Shown: positions 26,009 through 33,616 of the stretch, piece after piece | Layout of the letters: each line of letters begins with the position of its first letter | Position numbering within the stretch: position 1 is the stretch's first letter | Source of the DNA: a virus | Direction: 5' to 3' (one strand) | DNA length: 45,686 nucleotides | IMG/VR virus record: IMGVR_UViG_3300045988_032761 | Location: 1-45,686 of that record | The notes under the pieces: generated by a model | Told to the model about the DNA's origin: nothing | Databases searched by the model: none | Seen by the model: the letters and a program-made list of their open reading frames with translations, nothing else | Translations under genes and position numbers: made by a program

Positions 26009-26164
26009 ATGGAAAAATACAACTTATCAAATATTATGAATATTGTTTGCAAAAGTTCCGGTCCAGTATATCATCAGATCTTTGTTCTGACTATTGCCGG
26101 AAAAAGCAATTGCAGATCAATCAATGTGAGGCAGATCTTCGCCGCGGATACAGGAGAAATCTAA
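26009..26164 (+). CDS. Cassette ORF2, 51 aa (frame ambiguous)
   Basis: SD GGAGG 8 nt before the ATG. MEKYNLSNIMN repeats the N-terminus of ORF1. The overlapping frame (25966..26223) also stays open and ends in an ATGA overlap with ORF3. Confidence 0.35.
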   Translation: MEKYNLSNIMNIVCKSSGPVYHQIFVLTIAGKSNCRSINVRQIFAADTGEI

Positions 26165-26219
26165 AGAAATATCTTGACGAGCGAGAAAAATATAAGGCCA
26201 GTCAAAGAAAGGATTGTAT

Positions 26220-26387
26220 ATGACAATTAAAGAATTGCGAAATTTTACTGGATTAAGCCAACGGGCTTTTTCCGATAAATACAAAATTCCTAAAAGAACA
26301 ATTGAAAACTGGGAATCTGGAAAAAGCAAATGTCCGGATTATGTGAGACAGCTGTTAGAGCGAGCTGTCTTGGAAGATTCAAAATAA
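26220..26387 (+). CDS. 55-aa HTH regulator (Aca-like), not in the ORF track
   Basis: MTIKELRNFTGLSQRAFSDKYKIPKRTIENWESGKSKCPDYVRQLLERAVLEDSK. XRE-type HTH with the ..TIENWE.G...P.. signature. SD AAAGGA. Confidence 0.75.
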   Translation: MTIKELRNFTGLSQRAFSDKYKIPKRTIENWESGKSKCPDYVRQLLERAVLEDSK

Positions 26388-26424
26388 AGCTGCTGAAAAC
26401 TTACAAGTCAAGGAGGAAAACAGC

Positions 26425-26655
26425 ATGAAATTAAATACATTATCCTACGTGTTAGGAAATAACGACACAATTGAAACTGGCAAAACCTATTATTTCGGCC
26501 AACTCTGGGACGGAAACGGGGACGGCGAAGAATTATTAGAATCCGGGGCGATTGCAGTATATCAGGACGACGAGGAATTTATTGTTGACTTCGAGATTCT
26601 GGAATCTGCGGAGGATATTTTGCAGACCCGGGTTAAGGTTATTGGGATTGATTAA
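26425..26655 (+). CDS. Small strongly acidic protein (cassette ORF4)
   Basis: SD AAGGAGGA. 76 aa, rich in D/E (DGNGDGEELLESG...DDEEFIVDFEILESAEDIL). Confidence 0.75.
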   Translation: MKLNTLSYVLGNNDTIETGKTYYFGQLWDGNGDGEELLESGAIAVYQDDEEFIVDFEILESAEDILQTRVKVIGID

Positions 26656-26671
26656 CAGGAGGAAAAAAGAA

Positions 26672-26866
26672 ATGAAGAAAACAATTGATTTATTGAATGA
26701 AGTTGTAGCAATGGGATTCGGCAGAGAGCAGGCGCTTACAGACATCGACGCAAGTCTCGACTCAGAACTTGAAGAAAGACAGCCACTGATGGATGAAGAA
26801 ATACCAGAAAGTCTGTACAATAATATTCTTGAAGGATTCCGAGCAGACAAGGAAATGAACGCATGA
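26672..26866 (+). CDS. Small acidic protein (cassette ORF5)
   Basis: ATG at 26672 with SD AGGAGGA. 64 aa (DIDASLDSELEERQPLMDEEIPE). Confidence 0.7.
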   Translation: MKKTIDLLNEVVAMGFGREQALTDIDASLDSELEERQPLMDEEIPESLYNNILEGFRADKEMNA

Positions 26867-27552
26867 AAGCAGTAATGATACAAGGGCATATGGATACCGC
26901 CCGGTTTTCAATACCGGGATGGAATGGCAAGCGGGGCGAAACATACCCACTTCCGCCTTTTTCTACAATTGCCGGGATGGTCCATTTTCTTTGCAGGTGG
27001 GACAGTTGGCATGATATGAAGATATCCGTATCCGGCAATGGAGTCATGAACAAGCCGGAAATTTGCATGAGGTGGCGCGGCGGTGCTGTTGCAGGGTCAG
27101 AAGCAGAAGAATTTAAGCAGCGGTTCCCAGTCCGGGTGAAATCTGGGGATTCGTTTGTAGGATGGGTTAATACACTAATTTATGAAGCGTTTGCCTCTGA
27201 TCTGGACCTGCGGCTGCATATTATGCCGGATAACCAGGAAGAAGTTGACGTAATTTACAGGAAAATCTTAAATCCCCGGACATTCCCAAGTCTGGGACGG
27301 CATGAGGACTTGATAAGAATTGACGACGTGCAGGTTGTCGATATTCTGCCGGCACAGGAAATGGCGCTTGATATGTGCGCGTATGCACCGTCTACAATTA
27401 AGGTACCCGGAACTGTTTACACAATTCACAAGGACTACGTGATCAAAAATGGAAAACGAAGATTTAATGACATTCCGGTGAAATATTTAGACCGAGGAAT
27501 GAAAGTATTTGCAGATTGTGATAATTTAAACAATCCTTGCTTTTTCCTTTGA
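26863..27552 (+). CDS. cas5: Cas5-like RAMP protein (type I, I-B/Tneap-like), orphan
   Basis: Three Cas5 hallmarks in the correct order: GHMDTARFSIP (A-x-F-x-x-P), ETYPLPPFSTIAGMVH, and C-terminal FPSLGRHEDLIRIDDV. At 229 aa it is about full Cas5 length. ATGA overlap with ORF5. Recognition is from memory of family motifs. Confidence 0.6.
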   Translation: MKAVMIQGHMDTARFSIPGWNGKRGETYPLPPFSTIAGMVHFLCRWDSWHDMKISVSGNGVMNKPEICMRWRGGAVAGSEAEEFKQRFPVRVKSGDSFVGWVNTLIYEAFASDLDLRLHIMPDNQEEVDVIYRKILNPRTFPSLGRHEDLIRIDDVQVVDILPAQEMALDMCAYAPSTIKVPGTVYTIHKDYVIKNGKRRFNDIPVKYLDRGMKVFADCDNLNNPCFFL

Positions 27553-27573
27553 TTTGTGTTATTATTCAGATAA

Positions 27574-27598
27574 CAGTTACGAATGTAACTGAATGTAA
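27574..27598 (+). other. Hairpin plus tandem GAATGTAA motif
   Basis: CAGTTAC-GAAT-GTAACTG (27574-27591). GAATGTAA occurs at 27581-27588 and 27591-27598. Confidence 0.5.
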
Positions 27599-27654
27599 AA
27601 TCAAACTGGTAATGAATTATTTTTAATAGTTCCATAGTGGAAAGACGCAAAATA

Positions 27655-27687
27655 AGCCCCTGAGAGATAATCCCGGGGCTTTTATTG
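27655..27687. terminator. Bidirectional terminator closing the plus-strand cassette and the convergent minus operon
   Basis: AGCCCC ... GGGGCT stem with TTTTATTG on the plus strand and TATTTTG on the minus strand. Confidence 0.55.
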
Positions 27688-27692
27688 TCGTC

Positions 27693-27899
27693 TTAACACA
27701 CTTTGATTATTTTATTGTTTACCCGGCGGCTTAACCGTTTCGCCGTGGATATACTCACATTCATCTGTTCAGCACAGTATTCGAGAGTGTGTTCCTTGCA
27801 TCTCAGCCGGAACAATCTTTCTTCATCCGGTGTAAAATTGCACTCTGTCAAGAACCTGTCTATATCTTTCTTTGTGAACACATATAATTTCATGAGCAT
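27693..27899 (-). CDS. Sigma-70 region-4-like HTH protein (68 aa)
   Basis: FTPDEERLFRLRCKEHTLEYCAEQMNVSISTAKRLSRRVNNKI matches the region-4 / LuxR-type HTH pattern. Confidence 0.55.
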   Translation of the reverse strand: MLMKLYVFTKKDIDRFLTECNFTPDEERLFRLRCKEHTLEYCAEQMNVSISTAKRLSRRVNNKIIKVC

Positions 27900-27913
27900 A
27901 CCCCTTACTAATG

Positions 27914-28219
27914 CTAACGTTGATTCTGCGCAAGATAATTTGTAAGTTTCTGTTTTGTTTTTTTTAATTCCTCGACGTTATTCCCACTGATCTGACTGTC
28001 CAACATGGTTGATAACACTTCCAGGATTAATGAATCTCGCTCTGCGATTCTCCGAAGACTTTCATAATCTCGCCTATCATGTTCTTCCAGTGTCTCTACC
28101 CGCTTATTAAGTCGGAATGCCGGAGCAATCCACTTAAAGATTACAGCTGCCGCCCCTCCGACAATGGACACCCCTCCGCAGATAGAGAGGAAAATCTGTA
28201 CAAATTCTGATATGCTCAT
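27914..28219 (-). CDS. N-terminally membrane-anchored coiled-coil protein (BhlA/UviB-like architecture)
   Basis: TM segment FVQIFLSICGGVSIVGGAAAVIFKWI followed by a charged helix. Confidence 0.6.
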   Translation of the reverse strand: MSISEFVQIFLSICGGVSIVGGAAAVIFKWIAPAFRLNKRVETLEEHDRRDYESLRRIAERDSLILEVLSTMLDSQISGNNVEELKKTKQKLTNYLAQNQR

Positions 28220-28223
28220 TTAG

Positions 28224-28604
28224 CTACTCCTTTTCCCAGTAATATACCGGGACTTCATTTCCACTATCCCATGTATCGAAATATTTGCCATCTTGTACCG
28301 TCACTACATGACCATCTATGCAGAGAATATATGTGCCTGTCGGATGGTCTGTACAAAAGTCGTTGACTGTATAGATATATCGCTCTGATTGTTCAATCAG
28401 TTTGCGTCTGTACCCACGTTTATAGAGGTACGCTCCCCAGACATAATTTGCACTTGGCATATCTGACAGAGCACACGCCTGTATCATTAATCCGGTAAAT
28501 ACTGTTTCCCAGTCGAAACCGGTTGCCTTGCATATTGCCCGGACAACGCAATCTCCAACTCGATTCCCGGCAGGATTTGGATTGTAAAATTCCCATCTAT
28601 CCAT
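28224..28604 (-). CDS. Small protein with a putative Cys/His dyad (papain-fold-like)
   Basis: GDCVVRAI ... CIDGHVVTV ... DTWDS. Start overlaps the upstream stop. Confidence 0.45.
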   Translation of the reverse strand: MDRWEFYNPNPAGNRVGDCVVRAICKATGFDWETVFTGLMIQACALSDMPSANYVWGAYLYKRGYRRKLIEQSERYIYTVNDFCTDHPTGTYILCIDGHVVTVQDGKYFDTWDSGNEVPVYYWEKE

Positions 28605-29746
28605 CAGTCAATCCCCTTTGCTGTTTTATATCTCTTTGCCGCTCCTCTGGCTTTTGCGGCGTTCTGGCGATTCCACTTTGCTATCATGAGTCGGTCTTGC
28701 AGTTCCCTCAGGTCGTTCTGCTTGCAGTAATCTTTGTATGCAGCATTTTGTTTTTGAAGAAGATAAGACTTCCGATCAAGGTCTTGCTGGAGTGCAAATC
28801 TTGTCTGCTCATCCTTACAGTTATCAACCGCCGCTTGCATTCCGAGAACTTCACGCTTTGTTTTGCGGATTCTTCGCTCATAAGTACGTTGTCTCTGCTC
28901 CTTTTCGTACTGTTTGCCTTTGTTGGCTTTGTCCTGTGCTGATAGTCCTGCATAGGGATTAAATTCTCCGTCACTTGCCCCAAAGCTATGCCGACAGTTG
29001 ACCCCTGACAATCCGCTTGCTGTCCCGTATCCGGTCAATGAGAACGGTGGAAATTTCTTACTCCTTCCAGAACGAGAGTATATCTTGCCTTGCCACCATG
29101 AGTGATTTCCCGGATTCTCGCCGCCGTCACCCGTCCTCGCTCCTATGTGCGCACTGACCAGAACTAAATCCCAGTCCATTTCTTCCATGCGTTTTAGGGA
29201 TATATCTCCCGTAGCCTGCGCCACGCCAGTTCTAACAGAACGTGCAACTGCTGTTTCAATCGTGTCTTTTCTGCCAGATGGATATGTGACAGTAACACCA
29301 TCTGATACAACGTTATTGACTGCCTCTTTGATGGCTTGTGTATATCCGACTGCCCCATTCATTACGTGATTATATGCAAGGTCGCATTGCTCGATATAGA
29401 GCCTCTGAGCGGCACTTGCGGTTGTTCGTGTGAAGTTCTTCCAATCTCCTAAACAGTGGTTCATATTTCGTTCCATGAGTCTTATCATAGCCGGGGATTG
29501 TTCGAGCGGTACAGGGCTTAATCCTGCCGCCTTGTATATCTTATCATCGTAATAGAGAGCAGTGATACCGGCATCTTCAAACGCTTCAAGAAGTTCCTGC
29601 TGTTCGCGTTTGGTATATCTGGATAATTCTGCCAGAATGTCCTCTAACAGCTCACCAGATTCCTGTAGTGTTCTGATTCTCCACGCGTCGGCATTGGTCA
29701 GAATATAATCCTCACCTCTGCCGATTCTTGCCATCATTCTCGACAC
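28604..29746 (-). CDS. Minor head / head-morphogenesis protein (SPP1 gp7-like)
   Basis: VSAHIGARTGDGGENPGNHSWWQGKIYS ... GVNCRHSF pattern. The start is unresolved (see finding on 29734-29838). Confidence 0.75.
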   Translation of the reverse strand: MSRMMARIGRGEDYILTNADAWRIRTLQESGELLEDILAELSRYTKREQQELLEAFEDAGITALYYDDKIYKAAGLSPVPLEQSPAMIRLMERNMNHCLGDWKNFTRTTASAAQRLYIEQCDLAYNHVMNGAVGYTQAIKEAVNNVVSDGVTVTYPSGRKDTIETAVARSVRTGVAQATGDISLKRMEEMDWDLVLVSAHIGARTGDGGENPGNHSWWQGKIYSRSGRSKKFPPFSLTGYGTASGLSGVNCRHSFGASDGEFNPYAGLSAQDKANKGKQYEKEQRQRTYERRIRKTKREVLGMQAAVDNCKDEQTRFALQQDLDRKSYLLQKQNAAYKDYCKQNDLRELQDRLMIAKWNRQNAAKARGAAKRYKTAKGID

Positions 29747-29919
29747 GATCTCAGAGATGATATACTGATGCAGTTCTTCCGCGATTTGCTCGCTGCCCTC
29801 TGTAATTTGCCGTAAATATTCTGGACTAAGTATAGCATATCACCTCTTTCGATAAAAGTCGTGGTACATGTTTTGGTTTTTTGATGGTTTGAGAAACATG
29901 ATTGATTCTTGTTTGCTTT

Positions 29920-29957
29920 GGTATTACTGGTATATCTTAGCATATATTAGTAATACC
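29920..29957. other. Long imperfect hairpin
   Basis: GGTATTACTGGTATAT-cttagc-ATATATTAGTAATACC (14 of 16 positions pair). Confidence 0.6.
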
Positions 29958-29971
29958 AAAACGCCCCCGAT

Positions 29972-31870
29972 TTAGTTAATCGTGAAATATTTCATAATTT
30001 CCCTCGCATTGTATTTTGCAATCTTCTTTGCACCGTTTTCATTGGTATGAATGCCGTCAAGTAAATCGGTCTGAATTGGTGCAACACCAGATTGGTCAGG
30101 ATGGTCATAATCAATCGTTGTTTGGCTTTCGTAGATATTTCGGATTCCGCATCTACGAGTGTCGATTGTTTCTGCCCCAAGTCTATCGGCAACAAAATTG
30201 ATGAAATCACCTTTCTGGTAAATGCTATCGAAAGTTTCATAGCACTCTTGCGTTGGTGTACACATAAAAATCGCGGCATTCGGATAAGCCTCATGCAACT
30301 TCTGGAATCCATACCGCATAGCACCTGCCAATGTCTGACGATTTACGTTATCAATAGGCACAACAGTAAAGTTATTTTGAGCATAATTCGCGATAAACTG
30401 TGATTCCACACTTTCTTTCGTCTGCAAAGAGAAATCAACAGAATCATTTGTACCAAACGAGAATGTAATGACATCAAAATCCTGATAATCTGCATCACCG
30501 TTTGCTTTTGCATTTAACACTTTCTGCACTTGATTACCCATTACATTGCCATTCGTAGATGGTTGTGGATTTCCGTCATACACCTGATTAGCAACTTTAT
30601 CCTGCCATGTAGAGCCTGCAACAGATACGTTCACAACCTTATCAGCAAGGAGAAACTGTTTGATCCAATACGTCCATCCGTTTACACCGCCCATAGCGGT
30701 AATGCTATCGCCAAGTGTAAGAATCTTTAATCCTTTCCATTTTGGAAGAATCGAACTCGGTAATGCTAACTCCGTTACTGTAACGTAAAGTTCTCCATAT
30801 GGAGTAAATTTAGTAATTCCATATTGTTCGATTTTCAAAGTGTTAAGAGTGTCTCCAAGACCTCCATTTTTAGAGAATCTTAAATAATACGCACCATCGG
30901 GAACTGTTAATACGGTAGGTTCATTATTTACGCCAGACAAATATTTTTTATCTGCATCAAAATATGCTCCCGTACTTGCTACACCGATAGGGAGTTCGTT
31001 GCTACTGAAATAGAGAGTCATTCCTGGTTTTACTGGTATATAATCACTTGAATCCCAACCAGAAAAATTCGAATCAAAATATCCATTTTCTGTAAGAACA
31101 GCACCTTTAGTAACGGTATCTTTATTAAAAAGATTCGTATGGTCTTCCTGTATTTTTGTTACTTCGGTTCTGATTTTGGTCACGTCAACTTTTATATTAG
31201 TAACATCTTCCTTTATGTTATCCACTTCGGCTTTGACTTTAAGCTCACCATATGGAACATATGTGGTTCTTGAGCCTTTTTCAATCTGCAACTTTTCTTT
31301 TTTCGAGCCGAAAGAAAATCTTGCATATCCATCAGATGTGACTGCTATATTATTATTATTATTAGGGTTGCCAAAGGAATCTACACGATTTTTGTTATTA
31401 TCATAAAAAGCACCTGTGGCATAAGTGGTTGGTTCATTATTTGAGCTAAAATACAGAACTTCTCCTTTAGATACGGGAATATAGTCTGTAGTTTCCCATC
31501 CGCTAAATCCATTCATTTCGCTGCCATCACCGGAACTGATAGCCACATTTTCTTTTGCCACTGCCGGATTAAAAAGATTAGGGGAAATGATGTTGTCTAT
31601 ATCTTCCTTTAGTGAAGCAATGTTCGTCTTGTTCTGCTCAATCTGCTGTGCCTGTTCTGTCGTGGCTCCTGGCTTGACTGGATTCTTTTCAAGGTACTCA
31701 TTCACTGCATTCTTGATTTCTTCCGGTGAAATCTCACCGCCAATTCCTTTTAAGCATAATTCGTACAAATACTTCTCTTTTCTCGTGATTGGCTTCGGGA
31801 TTTCGCCTGTATAATCACCTGTCAGATATGCGAGATACTTTTCTTCTCGCGTTACTGGTTTATCTGCCAT
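29972..31870 (-). CDS. SGNH/GDSL-family esterase with duplicated binding-like modules
   Basis: C-terminal LKILTLGDSITAMGG ... FSFGTND ... DGIHTNENGAKK (blocks I, III, V). Two paralogous ~115-aa modules (FSGWETTDYIPVSKGEVLYFSS / FSGWDSSDYIPVKPGMTLYFSS). ATG at 31870 with SD GGAGAGGAG. Confidence 0.8.
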   Translation of the reverse strand: MADKPVTREEKYLAYLTGDYTGEIPKPITRKEKYLYELCLKGIGGEISPEEIKNAVNEYLEKNPVKPGATTEQAQQIEQNKTNIASLKEDIDNIISPNLFNPAVAKENVAISSGDGSEMNGFSGWETTDYIPVSKGEVLYFSSNNEPTTYATGAFYDNNKNRVDSFGNPNNNNNIAVTSDGYARFSFGSKKEKLQIEKGSRTTYVPYGELKVKAEVDNIKEDVTNIKVDVTKIRTEVTKIQEDHTNLFNKDTVTKGAVLTENGYFDSNFSGWDSSDYIPVKPGMTLYFSSNELPIGVASTGAYFDADKKYLSGVNNEPTVLTVPDGAYYLRFSKNGGLGDTLNTLKIEQYGITKFTPYGELYVTVTELALPSSILPKWKGLKILTLGDSITAMGGVNGWTYWIKQFLLADKVVNVSVAGSTWQDKVANQVYDGNPQPSTNGNVMGNQVQKVLNAKANGDADYQDFDVITFSFGTNDSVDFSLQTKESVESQFIANYAQNNFTVVPIDNVNRQTLAGAMRYGFQKLHEAYPNAAIFMCTPTQECYETFDSIYQKGDFINFVADRLGAETIDTRRCGIRNIYESQTTIDYDHPDQSGVAPIQTDLLDGIHTNENGAKKIAKYNAREIMKYFTIN

Positions 31871-31874
31871 CTTT

Positions 31875-33320
31875 TTACTCCTCTCCGAATAATGTTGGCT
31901 CGTCTGGCTGAGCTTCTTTAACCATTGCTTTCGCATCTTCCTCGGTCATTCCTTCAAACTTCACGAAATACAACCATGCCGGAACCTTGCCAGTGGTCAC
32001 ATACTGCCACCATCTTGCACGGTCGTTTTCTCTGACATACAGAATGTCTCCAAAATCATAATTGACTTCATAGGCTCCAACAGGTGCAAGTCCGTACAGG
32101 TCAGCATAAACGTTCAGCGCGTAAATTACTTCATCCAGACAGGATTCCAGTTTGTCTCGAACGTCTTTAATGAACTGAACCGTCCTCTGCTGTTCCGCTT
32201 CTACTCCTGTAGCCGTCTGAATACCGCTAGATTCGTTAAATACGAAGTAGCCGTTAGAGAATCCAATCTTATACCCTAACTGGCTTAAAAGGGCATTTAT
32301 GCCGCTTATACGGGTATCTGTGTTGAGTTGCGGATTGATTTCTTGATAAAACTCTTTCTCGTCCTGTCCGAATACATTCTTGACAAAGTGCGGTAACCTC
32401 ATCTCATTCCGTCTGTTTTCCATACCCTGTGGCGACATGGCTGACACAGGTGCACCGCTTGGCATCAGCAGTCTATCATCTGCCAGAACAATCTTCTGCG
32501 AATCAAAAATCTCTCCGGCGTTTCTGCTGTATGCAATGTCAAGGTCTTTTAACTCTTCGATGGCTTCTGCAAATATCGGTAAGCCAAGTGGTGTACTGAT
32601 ATCTACATTGTTCGCCTGCGGTGTCCGCAGCACTCCATACAGAGGTCCGTCCAGCTTCTCCCCGTTCGCCTTGAGTATTGGTGGCGTGTCTGCCATAAGG
32701 TCAGCCCATTTGGTCTGTTTAAGGTCAATCTTATCACCGATTGACTGAGGAGATTTTGATACATAGGCTCTATTGGAAACGTAGTACGGATAGGTTGTCG
32801 TACCATCCACGGTGGTCTCAACAAATCTATGATATTCAAGCCGCGTGTAGTATTTCCGTCCAACCGTATAAGAATCCTTAAATATAATCCCTTTGATCTC
32901 CTGATTGTCATAATCCACAATCATCACATCTGCCGGTGTAAATACATCAAGTCCTTCTCCATTTGGCTTAATGAATACCGTTCCATAAGCACAGCTATAT
33001 TCCACCCAGTGACGTATTTGGAAATATACCTTGTCAATCTGTTCCTGAAGCCATGTAGCTCTTGCAGAACCGTCTATCTGAATGCCGATCGCCAGCGTTG
33101 CGAGCCGGGCTGTCTCTGAGCAGACAGATTTAGCAAAATTGATCGTCTTGATATTGTTCTTATCATCTAACCATTCCGGTACACCCCTATAGATGTTCGC
33201 GCACCGGTTAATCAACGATTCCATTTCCGGGAATTCTGCTGCCTGGATATTAAAATCCTCTTCAGCTTGTTTTTTGAATATCATGTTAAACCACCTTTTT
33301 AGTGTTGTTATAAGTCCCAT
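31875..33320 (-). CDS. Portal protein
   Basis: 481 aa directly downstream of the terminase region. Sequence pattern typical of SPP1/A118-type portals. Confidence 0.8.
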   Translation of the reverse strand: MGLITTLKRWFNMIFKKQAEEDFNIQAAEFPEMESLINRCANIYRGVPEWLDDKNNIKTINFAKSVCSETARLATLAIGIQIDGSARATWLQEQIDKVYFQIRHWVEYSCAYGTVFIKPNGEGLDVFTPADVMIVDYDNQEIKGIIFKDSYTVGRKYYTRLEYHRFVETTVDGTTTYPYYVSNRAYVSKSPQSIGDKIDLKQTKWADLMADTPPILKANGEKLDGPLYGVLRTPQANNVDISTPLGLPIFAEAIEELKDLDIAYSRNAGEIFDSQKIVLADDRLLMPSGAPVSAMSPQGMENRRNEMRLPHFVKNVFGQDEKEFYQEINPQLNTDTRISGINALLSQLGYKIGFSNGYFVFNESSGIQTATGVEAEQQRTVQFIKDVRDKLESCLDEVIYALNVYADLYGLAPVGAYEVNYDFGDILYVRENDRARWWQYVTTGKVPAWLYFVKFEGMTEEDAKAMVKEAQPDEPTLFGEE

Positions 33321-33616
33321 TTAGTCACCTTTTTTACAGTCAAATCCTTATCAATGCCTAACGGATCTCCTGCAAAGTTCCATAGCTGGATTTCTTTACA
33401 GACAGCTCCGCACTTACAACACTGAACATATTCGCTCCACACCTGGTCTACGTGCATTTTATCATTGATTAGTTTATCCTCTAATGGCTCTTCGGATATC
33501 GGAACAATTATCACGCTTCCGCACTTACCGCATTCCATGATGCGTGCGCAGCCTTTTCCATATCTGATAAATCTGTATGCTATTTTTACTCTATCAAAGA
33601 GCTTATTATCTCTCAT
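33308..33616 (-). CDS. Zinc-ribbon protein between terminase and portal
   Basis: CGKCGS ... CCKCGAVC. Confidence 0.6.
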   Translation of the reverse strand: MRDNKLFDRVKIAYRFIRYGKGCARIMECGKCGSVIIVPISEEPLEDKLINDKMHVDQVWSEYVQCCKCGAVCKEIQLWNFAGDPLGIDKDLTVKKVTKWDL

